From NCBI GenBank assembly GCA_963812135.1, contig CAWETU010000001.1, forward strand, positions 1,792,001 to 1,856,000: a DNA stretch of 64,000 bases, read 5' to 3'. Made by a program: the position numbers and the translations under genes. The notes beneath the pieces are model-generated. The model made no database searches. It was not told the DNA's origin and saw only the letters and a list, made by a program, of their open reading frames with translations. Origin of the DNA: Vulcanimicrobiota bacterium (GTDB lineage Bacteria > Vulcanimicrobiota > Vulcanimicrobiia > Eremiobacterales > Eremiobacteraceae). This document shows positions 50,318 through 58,313 of this stretch, piece by piece (within the stretch, counting starts at the first letter, position 1; each line of letters begins with the position of its first letter).

Positions 50318-50926
50318 CTATACCTTCTCGACTTGATAGAATTCGAGTTCAACCGGCGTCTCCCGGCCGAAAATCGATATGAGCGCGCGCAGGCGCTCCT
50401 TTTGCGGGTCGATCTCGTCGACCGTCCCCGTGAAGTCGAAGAACGGTCCGGACGTCACCTTGACGCGATCGCCCTTCGCGAAGTCGATCTTCAGCTTGGG
50501 CGTCTCGATGCCCATCTGCTTGAGGATCGTCTTGACTTCTTTGTCCGCCAGCGGCAGCGGCTTCTCGCCCGAGCCCGGCGAGCCGACGAAGCCGGTCACG
50601 CCTTGCGTGTTGCGCACGACGTACCACGATTGGTCCGTCATCTTCATCTCGACGAGCACGTAGCCCGGATAGACCTTCTTCTCGACCTCTTTGCGCTTGC
50701 CGTCCTTGAATTCGACTTCCTTATCCGTGGGCACGAGCACGCGGTACACGAAGTCTTGCATGTTCATGGACTTGATGCGCCGCTCGAGGTTCGCCTTGAC
50801 CTTGTTCTCGTAGCCGGAATACGTGTGGACCACATACCACTTGCGGTCCGGATCGTCGGGCGTGGCGAGCAGATCGAGCGCTGCCGCGTCCAACTCCGCC
50901 TGTTGCTGCTGAAGTTCTTCTGCCAC
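50318..50926 (-). CDS. nusG: Transcription factor NusG
   Basis: 'WYVVHTYSGYE', 'PGYVLVEM', 'IFGRETPVEL'. Confidence 0.98.
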   Translation of the reverse strand: MAEELQQQQAELDAAALDLLATPDDPDRKWYVVHTYSGYENKVKANLERRIKSMNMQDFVYRVLVPTDKEVEFKDGKRKEVEKKVYPGYVLVEMKMTDQSWYVVRNTQGVTGFVGSPGSGEKPLPLADKEVKTILKQMGIETPKLKIDFAKGDRVKVTSGPFFDFTGTVDEIDPQKERLRALISIFGRETPVELEFYQVEKV

Positions 50927-50930
50927 GACG

Positions 50931-51221
50931 TCAGCCTTGCGCCCCGAACAGGCGCGCGACGATCGCGCTGATCAACGACGTCCAGATCGCCACGACGGCG
51001 ACCAAGCCGATGGTGATGAGCGTCGCCGATACCCATTCGTCGCGGCTCGGCCAGGTGACGCGTTTCATCTCGGAGACGATCGCGCGATAGCCGTCGACAA
51101 TGCGCCGCCATTGGCGCTCGCGCTCTTCGGTGCGCGCCTCTTTCTCTTTGTCGCTCGGTTTGCCCACGGCTTTGCCGCCGGTGTCGTCGGCGGGTCTGCC
51201 TGGGGCCATGATGCGCTTCAT
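50931..51221 (-). CDS. secE: Preprotein translocase SecE
   Basis: 'EMKRVTWPSR.E' plus TM helix; upstream of nusG. Confidence 0.92.
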   Translation of the reverse strand: MKRIMAPGRPADDTGGKAVGKPSDKEKEARTEERERQWRRIVDGYRAIVSEMKRVTWPSRDEWVSATLITIGLVAVVAIWTSLISAIVARLFGAQG

Positions 51222-51231
51222 CGTTTCCTTT

Positions 51232-51255
51232 CGGTCGAATCCATTCGACCGCTAC
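51232..51255 (-). repeat. REP family-1 copy
   Basis: GTAGCGGTCGAATGGATTCGACCG. Confidence 0.9.
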
Positions 51256-51263
51256 ATTTGATC

Positions 51264-51339
51264 TGGCAGGGCGGACAGGACTTGAACCTGCAACCAACGG
51301 TTTTGGAGACCGCTACTCTACCAATTGAGCTACCGCCCT
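51264..51339 (-). tRNA. tRNA-Trp(CCA)
   Basis: Cloverleaf, CTCCAAA loop, encoded CCA. Confidence 0.96.
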
Positions 51340-51502
51340 ATCTTGTTTCCTTGTGGGCCGTGTGGCACTTGCACCAGCGGCAGTACTTCTTCAGCTCCAG
51401 CCGGGCGCTCGTGTGTTGCCGGTTCTTCATCGTCGTGTAATTGCGGCGTTTGCAGTCGCCGCAGGCCATCGTCACGATCACTCGGTTCTCTTTCTTCGCC
51501 AT
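51338..51502 (-). CDS. rpmG: Ribosomal protein L33, zinc-binding type; not in ORF track
   Basis: [54 protein letters not shown]. Confidence 0.96.
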   Translation of the reverse strand: MAKKENRVIVTMACGDCKRRNYTTMKNRQHTSARLELKKYCRWCKCHTAHKETR

Positions 51503-51509
51503 GCGTCGA

Positions 51510-52703
51510 TTACTCGATCACCTTGGTGATGACGCCCGCGCCGACCGTGCGGCCGCCCTCGCGGATCGCGAAGCGCAAGCCCTCTTCCGCCGCGATCGGC
51601 GTGATCAGCTCCACGTTCATCTTCACGTTGTCGCCGGGCATCACCATCTCGACGCCTTCGGGCAGCGTGATCGAACCCGTCACGTCGGTCGTCCGGAAGT
51701 AGAACTGCGGACGGTAGTTCGAGAAGAACGGCGTGTGCCGCCCGCCCTCGTCCTTGGAAAGCACGTACACTTCCGACTCGAACTTCTTGTGCGGCTTGAT
51801 GCTGCCCGGTTTGGCCAGCACCTGGCCGCGCTCGATGTCGTCGCGCTCGATGCCGCGCAGCAGCACGCCCACGTTGTCGCCCGCGATGCCCTCGTCGAGC
51901 AGCTTGCGGAACATCTCGATGCCCGTCACCACCGACTTCTTGGACTCGCGGAAGCCCACGATCTCCACTTCGTCGCCCACTTTGACCCGGCCGCGCTCCA
52001 CGCGACCCGTGCCAACCGTGCCGCGACCGGTGATCGTGAACACGTCTTCCACCGGCATCAGGAACGGTTTGTCCACGTCGCGCTGCGGCACAGGGATGTA
52101 CTTATCAACCGCGTCCATCAGCGCGAGGATCCTGTCCGTCCACTCGCCTTTGGTCGTCTCTTCCAATGCCTTGAGCGCTGACCCGCGGATGACCGGGATC
52201 TCCTGGCCGGGGAACTTGTAGGCCGAGAGCAGCTCGCGCACTTCTAGCTCCACCAGGTCGATCAGCTCGGGGTCGTCCACCATGTCGACTTTGTTGAGGA
52301 ACACGACCAGGTAGGGCACGCCCACTTGGCGCGCCAGCAGAATGTGCTCGCGCGTCTGCGGCATCGGGCCGTCCGCCGCCGACACCACCAAGATCGCGCC
52401 GTCCATCTGCGCCGCGCCGGTGATCATGTTCTTGATGTAGTCCGCGTGACCGGGCGCGTCCACGTGGCTGTAGTGGCGCTCCTTGGTCTCGTATTCGGCG
52501 TGATACAGCTGGATCGTGATACCGCGCTCTTTCTCTTCGGGCGCGTTATCGATCTGATCCACCACCAGCTTCTTGGTCCCCGTGCCGGCCTCGGCCAGCA
52601 CCTTGGTGATCGCCGCCGTCAACGTCGTTTTGCCATGGTCCACGTGACCGATCGTGCCGATGTTCACGTGCGGCTTATTGCGTTGATACTTTTCCTTGGC
52701 CAT
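51510..52703 (-). CDS. tuf: Elongation factor Tu
   Basis: 'GHVDHGKTT', '[12 protein letters not shown]', '[13 protein letters not shown]'. Confidence 0.99.
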   Translation of the reverse strand: MAKEKYQRNKPHVNIGTIGHVDHGKTTLTAAITKVLAEAGTGTKKLVVDQIDNAPEEKERGITIQLYHAEYETKERHYSHVDAPGHADYIKNMITGAAQMDGAILVVSAADGPMPQTREHILLARQVGVPYLVVFLNKVDMVDDPELIDLVELEVRELLSAYKFPGQEIPVIRGSALKALEETTKGEWTDRILALMDAVDKYIPVPQRDVDKPFLMPVEDVFTITGRGTVGTGRVERGRVKVGDEVEIVGFRESKKSVVTGIEMFRKLLDEGIAGDNVGVLLRGIERDDIERGQVLAKPGSIKPHKKFESEVYVLSKDEGGRHTPFFSNYRPQFYFRTTDVTGSITLPEGVEMVMPGDNVKMNVELITPIAAEEGLRFAIREGGRTVGAGVITKVIE

Positions 52704-52745
52704 TGCTGTTCTTGTGATTCCTTTTCGCTGCGCGTAAGAACGGGC

Positions 52746-52769
52746 CGGTCGAGCAAGCTCGACCGCTAC
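52746..52769 (-). repeat. REP family-1 copy with double compensatory change
   Basis: GTAGCGGTCGAGCTTGCTCGACCG. Confidence 0.85.
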
Positions 52770-52833
52770 AACCGCTCTAAAGAGGCGGCATGCTGACGCA
52801 ACCCCGGTTTCCGGAATGTGAAAATCGAAAGTT

Positions 52834-52907
52834 CGCGCCCGAGAGGACTTGAACCTCCAACCTACGGCTTAGGAGTCCATTGCTCTATCCAGTTGAGCTA
52901 CGGGCGC
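52834..52907 (-). tRNA. tRNA-Arg(CCT)
   Basis: Cloverleaf, CTCCTAA loop. Confidence 0.88.
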
Positions 52908-52913
52908 GCGCTG

Positions 52914-52985
52914 AGCCCTCGGCGGGGATTGAACCCGCGGCCTCGTCCTTACCAAGGACGCGCTCTACCACTGAGCTACAAGGGC
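52914..52985 (-). tRNA. tRNA-Thr(GGT)
   Basis: Cloverleaf, TTGGTAA loop. Confidence 0.95.
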
Positions 52986-53079
52986 AGACGTCCCAGCGGT
53001 GACCGCACCTTATACTACCCGAACCGCCGGACGTTCGCAAGCGTGCGCGCTTTGCGTCACGGCCGGGCAGTTGCGACGC

Positions 53080-53256
53080 TTACCGCTTTGTGAATGAGTC
53101 TTGGACGCTGTGGACGCCCGATTCGACCGCCTGCTCGCCGCGCCAGAACAGGCCGATGATCCAGCGGATCGTCGCGATGACGCCGATGATCGCGAAAAGC
53201 ACCAGCAGCCCGAGGACCCACGCCGCCGCGTGCGCGATGTTCGTCAGAATGTCCAT
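53080..53256 (-). CDS. Small membrane protein, 58 aa; not in ORF track
   Basis: MDILTNIAHAAAWVLGLLVLFAIIGVIATIRWIIGLFWRGEQAVESGVHSVQDSFTKR. Confidence 0.6.
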   Translation of the reverse strand: MDILTNIAHAAAWVLGLLVLFAIIGVIATIRWIIGLFWRGEQAVESGVHSVQDSFTKR

Positions 53257-53270
53257 GGAACCACCCTGCG

Positions 53271-54215
53271 TTAGTGCGGCTGGATGACCGTGATGCCGCT
53301 CGAGAAGCTGCTGCCGCCGCCGCTGAAGCCCTGGTTTTGAAGTCCTGAGTTCGCATTGTTGTTGATGTTCGAACCGCTATTACCGCCGAAGCCACTGCCG
53401 CTGAAGCTACTGCGCGGAATCGTAGAGTTCGCGCCGCCGCCGATGCTTGAAAAACTGCCGTTCGCGGAGAAGTGGTTCCCTTCGCTAAACGCACCGATCG
53501 CGATGTGTCCGCTCTGGAATCCGGCAGTTTGGCTACTGAAGCCCCCCAGGGAGATGCCCGATAGGCTTCCGGGCGCAAAATACGTTCCAGCCGCGGCGTT
53601 CTGGTCCCCAAACCCCGTCACGATGTAACCACCGACGTTCGAGTGCATGGTGCCGAACTGGCTGCCCGTCGGGCTTGCGTAGTTCAATGCAGCCGCGCTT
53701 CGCGCCGTGCTGGTGCGCGTGACGGTGGAGCTGTAACCGCTTGGTGCCGACGCTTGCGTGACGGGCGGCGTCGACCCTTGCGTGACTGCCACGCGATAGG
53801 ATTGGACGTAGAGCGCTCGCTGGATCGCTGTGATGTCGTTGACCAGTCTGATCGAACGCGGATCGGCAGAGCACCCGAGGTTCGACGAGCGTTGTCCATT
53901 CCACCCGATGAGCAGCGCGTCGTCGCAGCCGCGCTCCGGGAGTTGGGCGAGCGGTCCTGCAGCGGCGAGGTCGGCGAACAACGTTTGGATGAGCGCGGTT
54001 TGCAACTGACCATCTGCATGGCCGGCGCCGTCAAGCGCCCAAGCTCGTCCGCTGGGCTCGACCACGATCAGGAATCCGGAGCGGTCACGCCCGCCAAGGT
54101 TCGATATCGTCACCGAACCTGGAGCCGGCTGCGTGCCTGCGTTGCCCGCGCCGATCAGGGCGAAGGGCAAGGCGGCTAACGCAATGGCAAATAGGGTCTT
54201 GGGAAATGTCATCAT
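53271..54215 (-). CDS. Secreted protein with Gly/Ser/Phe-rich tail; paralog of 61574-62155
   Basis: Signal peptide; shared 'IVV.PSG.A.A.DGAG', 'LFAD..AA.PL..LP...C', 'RALYV..YR'. Confidence 0.7.
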   Translation of the reverse strand: MMTFPKTLFAIALAALPFALIGAGNAGTQPAPGSVTISNLGGRDRSGFLIVVEPSGRAWALDGAGHADGQLQTALIQTLFADLAAAGPLAQLPERGCDDALLIGWNGQRSSNLGCSADPRSIRLVNDITAIQRALYVQSYRVAVTQGSTPPVTQASAPSGYSSTVTRTSTARSAAALNYASPTGSQFGTMHSNVGGYIVTGFGDQNAAAGTYFAPGSLSGISLGGFSSQTAGFQSGHIAIGAFSEGNHFSANGSFSSIGGGANSTIPRSSFSGSGFGGNSGSNINNNANSGLQNQGFSGGGSSFSSGITVIQPH

Positions 54216-54238
54216 GCTCACCTGATGGCCCCTGGGGC

Positions 54239-54314
54239 TGGAGCGGGAGACGGGTCTCGAACCCGCAACATCCAGCTTGGAAGGCTAGCGCTCTACCAAT
54301 TGAGCTACTCCCGC
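54239..54314 (-). tRNA. tRNA-Gly(TCC)
   Basis: Cloverleaf, CTTCCAA loop, encoded CCA. Confidence 0.96.
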
Positions 54315-54364
54315 ACGTCTTCCTATGTTTGGGAGGTTGTCCCGCGCTTCCTATGTAGCACGTA

Positions 54365-54941
54365 CTATATGCAGACGTGCTCGTTGTCTTGCACTGAGAA
54401 CGCTCGCCACGCTGGAGCCTGCGTGCTGCCCGCGGGCCGCTCGAGGAGATAGATCAAGCGACCGCCTTCGCTCGGACCCGCATCCGCGACAGCGGCCGCG
54501 AACATTTGCGATTTTGCCGACTTCTGTTTCGAGTCGAATGGGACGTAGCGCACCGTCACCGGCTCCCCGCGCCACCACACCAACACCCCGCCGCCGTTGT
54601 CCGTGACGTAGAGCCGCACGGCGTCTTCGTCGATCACCGGATCTGCGCGTTCGCGCGGCGTCGCCGACGCCACTCTTCCGAGCGCGTCGACATCGACGTG
54701 AAGGTCGTCAGCCTTGACGAGGTGATCGTTGCGCACGGCATCGATGCCGGGCAATTTGAAGATGCGCGTCGCGTGGGGAGGTGCACCCAAGCAGAGGGAC
54801 TCGATCGAGTTGGGCGGCGGCAGCGCTGACCTTTCGCGGCAGCCGCCGAGCGCGACCAACAAGCGCGCAAAAAAGAACGGCCGAGCAGACCCGGCCGTTA
54901 CGAAGTTCTACCGCGTGACGATGTGTCGTCGGCGCGGACAT
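54365..54941 (-). CDS. Hypothetical lipoprotein, probable 1-nt insertion near 54861
   Basis: Joining frames yields '...SAVLFCALLVALGGC' lipoprotein signal. Confidence 0.45.
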
Positions 54942-54947
54942 GGTGAG

Positions 54948-56528
54948 CTACTGCCCGCAGGTCGTGCCCGCGTCCGTCGAACAGAGCGCGATGATGTTGT
55001 ACTGCGTCGTCGTCGGCGTGAACGGCGGCGGCTTGGTCGCCAGACGCGAGTCGTAGACGCTGTCCGTGCTGAAGCCGCTGACCGTCGTGCCGAGGGTGCC
55101 GCGCTTGCCGCGCACGTTCTCGATCAGGCTGCCTTTGAGCGTCAGGACGCCGGTGCCTGGCGCGCAGGTGCCGACCGCGGGGCAAAGTATGTTATAGAAC
55201 GTGCCGTCGTTGCAGACCGCGCTGCATTCGCCATAGTAGCCGGTCAGTAGCAGACCGTCGACTTCGATGTTGCCGTTGGTGGAGTCATCCAGGATGATGT
55301 CATTGGCCCAAAACGCGAGTTCGTCGTTCACCGGGTCGGAATACTGCTGCCCGCCCAGGAACACGATGGACGGATGGGTTACCGAGTTGTCTGGCACCGC
55401 AAAGGTGTACAGACCGTGGAACTGGTCGCCGGCGGCGAACTGCATTCCGCCGGTGGCATAAATCGCACCGTTCGCGCCGGTGACGCTCGGCGGCTGCTCG
55501 CCGCTCGGAATACCGCTGTACGATGCGATGGGTGTGAATAACGGAGGCCCGCTGTTCACGCGGGTTGTGCCACCTGCAACATCGATGACCACGTCATACT
55601 GGATAGTCGGACCACCGTTGGTTATTTCGAGCTGCAGCGTCTCAACGTTACCCACGACGGTCGACGTGATCCCCGCCCAGCCTTTGATGAAAAGTCCGCT
55701 GTTCACCGGGCCGCCGCCGCCAGCAACGGGGTTGCCGTTGATGTAGAGACCAGCCGCCCCTGGGATCACACCCGCGATCGTCGGATTCCCGGTCAACGAA
55801 GCGTTGAGCACCGCGTTGTTGTCCGTTGCCGTCGGCAGCTGCAGCGGCTGGCTCACCTGGTGAAAATTCGCCTGGTCGGTGATGATGGCGGACCAGTCAG
55901 CCGCCGTCGAAGGCGCCGCCGGGATCCAGTTCGGGGCGTTCGCGGTCCACACTTCGTTCGTGAAGATAGCGGGCTGCGCGTCCGTGTAGAAGATGTTCAT
56001 CGGTCCGCCGCTGTACACGGGCCCGTCGAACGACTCGCCGTTCGTGTACACGACCGCGGCGCCGTGGTTGTTCACCTCGCTGATCGTGAAGTAGTTGAAC
56101 GCTGAGAACGGCATCTTTTGGATCAACGCGTCGACGCTGCGCGTGCTCGCGCCGGTGGTGGCGGTCGCATGCAGCATGTAGTAAGGAAGCACGGATGTCG
56201 TCCAGCGATACGCGTCCACGCTCACCGTGTAGTTCGTGACCGTGCCGTCGTCATCGTTGAGCGCGCCGACGATTGGTGCGGGCACGACGCCGGGGGCGGC
56301 GCCGGCATCGTTGAACTCGATCTGGTACTGCATCTGCTCGATCGCGTAGTAGTCCGCCCGCAGCGCCGCGTTGCTGTGGCCGTGCATACCGGTGATGTTG
56401 ACCTCTTTGGCGAGGTTTTCCATCAGCACACCGATCAGGATCAGGAACACGGTGATCATCATCAAGGTGGCGATGAGCGCTATACCTCGCTGGCCGCCGA
56501 TCCTCATCTCACGGGACTGCTTTGTCAT
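54948..56528 (-). CDS. PilX-like minor pilin with DUF4900-like C-terminal region (cluster 1)
   Basis: 'QRG|IALIATLM' prepilin site without Glu5; 'FDGPVYS', 'YDSRLA..PPPF.P'. Confidence 0.75.
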   Translation of the reverse strand: MTKQSREMRIGGQRGIALIATLMMITVFLILIGVLMENLAKEVNITGMHGHSNAALRADYYAIEQMQYQIEFNDAGAAPGVVPAPIVGALNDDDGTVTNYTVSVDAYRWTTSVLPYYMLHATATTGASTRSVDALIQKMPFSAFNYFTISEVNNHGAAVVYTNGESFDGPVYSGGPMNIFYTDAQPAIFTNEVWTANAPNWIPAAPSTAADWSAIITDQANFHQVSQPLQLPTATDNNAVLNASLTGNPTIAGVIPGAAGLYINGNPVAGGGGPVNSGLFIKGWAGITSTVVGNVETLQLEITNGGPTIQYDVVIDVAGGTTRVNSGPPLFTPIASYSGIPSGEQPPSVTGANGAIYATGGMQFAAGDQFHGLYTFAVPDNSVTHPSIVFLGGQQYSDPVNDELAFWANDIILDDSTNGNIEVDGLLLTGYYGECSAVCNDGTFYNILCPAVGTCAPGTGVLTLKGSLIENVRGKRGTLGTTVSGFSTDSVYDSRLATKPPPFTPTTTQYNIIALCSTDAGTTCGQ

Positions 56529-56537
56529 TGACGGCTC

Positions 56538-57200
56538 CTATCGCATCATGTGGACGTTGTCGACCAGCGTGTACGGCTGTTCCGCATTCACGCCGCTTGC
56601 AGGGTTGATCACGTTGTTGACCGTGATCGACATCCGGTATTCGTACTTGTCGCCTTGGATCTGTTGCAACTGGAAGTCGGTCACGTTGCTCGCGAGCAAT
56701 GTCGTCGTCGCGCACGGTCCAGCCGCCTGATAGGCTGCGACCGACTGGACGCACTCGCTGACCTGTTTGGCGATCGGGTCATACGATATGGTGTGGACGT
56801 TGTAGTTGGGTACCGGGTTGCCGGCCCCCCCGACATTTAACGACGCGGGCGGCGCAAGGGATTGCACGCGATAGAACGAGATCGCGGTCGCTATCCCAGG
56901 CGGCGTGGGGAACGCGTCGATGCCGATGACCGCCGGCGCAGGCGTACCGGTGCCGGGCGGCGTCGGCGTGAGGTCCGCCGGATTCACGTCCTCGGAGGCC
57001 TGGCTGAGCGAGCCGTTGATATTGGCGATCGCGATGCGGGCGAGTTGTTCGTTCGACATGTTCTCTTGCGTCAGCGTGTTGTGCGTGAACGCCTGCTTGA
57101 AGAGCGCCGTCGCGAAACCGAGGACGAGCAGCAGGATGGTGAACGAGATCACCAACTCGATGAGCGTCATGCCGCGCTGTCTGGTCACGCAAGTCTCCAT
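56538..57200 (-). CDS. PilW-like minor pilin (cluster 1)
   Basis: 'QRG|MTLIELVISF' class III signal. Confidence 0.85.
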   Translation of the reverse strand: METCVTRQRGMTLIELVISFTILLLVLGFATALFKQAFTHNTLTQENMSNEQLARIAIANINGSLSQASEDVNPADLTPTPPGTGTPAPAVIGIDAFPTPPGIATAISFYRVQSLAPPASLNVGGAGNPVPNYNVHTISYDPIAKQVSECVQSVAAYQAAGPCATTTLLASNVTDFQLQQIQGDKYEYRMSITVNNVINPASGVNAEQPYTLVDNVHMMR

Positions 57201-57201
57201 A

Positions 57202-58017
57202 TCAGATCGGGATCGGGGTCGCCGTCGGGACCGGCGTCGGTGTAGGCGTCGGCGTCGGGACCGGGGTCGGCGTCGGGACCGGCGTCGCGGTTGGCGTCGC
57301 TGTCGGTACCGGCGTCGCCGTTGGCGTTGGGGTCGGACTCGGCGTCGCCGTCGGGACCGGCGTCGGCGTCGGGACCGGCGTCGCTGTCGGAACCGGCGTC
57401 GCGGTTGGCGTCGCTGTCGGCGCAGGCGTCGGGGTCGGCACCGGCGTGGGCGTGGGCGGTGGCGGCGTCGGCGTCGGGACCGGTGTGGGCGGCGGCGTCG
57501 GCGAAGGCGGCGGCGTCGCGGAGTAATTCACGGGCGGCGTCTGGTGCGTGAACGCATGCAGCTCATACGTGTCGATCTTGCCGCCGACCGTGCTTTGCAC
57601 CCATACGGTGAGCTGAGCGCTGTCGCCCGTCGGGCCAGGGTCGGTCATGAACCATTGATATTGAATATTCGCGATCTGCGACGGCGCGAGGTTGCACACC
57701 GGCGGGGTGTGCCATGTGCCGCCGGGCGGGCCAGAATCGTTGACTTGCGTCATCGCGTTGTTGCACGGATCCTTTGGAATGTCATTGGTCTTTGCAAACC
57801 ACAAGTTAGGATCGCCGTGCATCAGCGCCAGCAGATAGTTCGCAGAGGTGATGTCGACCGAACGTTGCGACGACTTGCTCTGCGCCCACGAGCTGGCGAT
57901 CATCTGCTCGGCGACGAAAATGAAGACGAGGACCAGCAGCACGAGCGCCACTAGGACCTCTATCATGGTCATTCCGCGAGCTTTGACACCAAACGACTGT
58001 GGGCGATTACGAGGCAT
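57202..58017 (-). CDS. PilV-like minor pilin with PT-repeat tail (cluster 1)
   Basis: 'ARG|MTMIEVLVAL'; about 100-aa PTPVPTAT tail. Confidence 0.85.
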   Translation of the reverse strand: MPRNRPQSFGVKARGMTMIEVLVALVLLVLVFIFVAEQMIASSWAQSKSSQRSVDITSANYLLALMHGDPNLWFAKTNDIPKDPCNNAMTQVNDSGPPGGTWHTPPVCNLAPSQIANIQYQWFMTDPGPTGDSAQLTVWVQSTVGGKIDTYELHAFTHQTPPVNYSATPPPSPTPPPTPVPTPTPPPPTPTPVPTPTPAPTATPTATPVPTATPVPTPTPVPTATPSPTPTPTATPVPTATPTATPVPTPTPVPTPTPTPTPVPTATPIPI

Positions 58018-58062
58018 GTATGTCCCGTCCGATCAGTCTTATGACTAATTGGTCCCCCGGTA

Positions 58063-58078
58063 TGTGACATGTCTCACA
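58063..58078. promoter_or_regulatory. CRP/Fnr-family box
   Basis: TGTGA-CATGTC-TCACA. Confidence 0.75.
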
Positions 58079-58135
58079 CCCCGAGTGGCGTTTTCCCTTC
58101 GGAGTCCCTAGATATGGGACTGCGCAAGCGAAAGG

Positions 58136-58151
58136 TGTGACGCCCGTCACA
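58136..58151. promoter_or_regulatory. CRP/Fnr-family box
   Basis: TGTGA-CGCCCG-TCACA. Confidence 0.75.
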
Positions 58152-58255
58152 CGCCGTGTTTCCGGGGGCACGTGCGGGCGCTAGCTTGCTCGATCGGATC
58201 GGACGAGGGGGTCGGCTGGCCGACCGCATCGGGGGCGGACCGTTTGACCCACAAG

Positions 58256-58286
58256 AAAGCGCCCCCGCATCATGCGGGGGCGCTTT
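58256..58286 (-). terminator. Terminator after pilin cluster 2
   Basis: AAAGCGCCCCCGCAT-c-ATGCGGGGGCGCTTT. Confidence 0.75.
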
Positions 58287-58313
58287 GTCGCTGTGGGTGA
58301 GGCTGCTGCGCTT

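Noticed and set aside
48860..50971. Long plus-strand ORFs antisense to core genes (also 22804-24399, 28389-30041)
   Set aside because: Shadow ORFs expected at high GC, with no recognisable motifs
26678..52769. REP family 1 as a CRISPR array
   Set aside because: Copies are dispersed over 26 kb without regular spacers, and no cas genes are present
58095..58135. c-di-GMP riboswitch upstream of pilins
   Set aside because: A hairpin and GAAA-like loop are present but the conserved GEMM core is not
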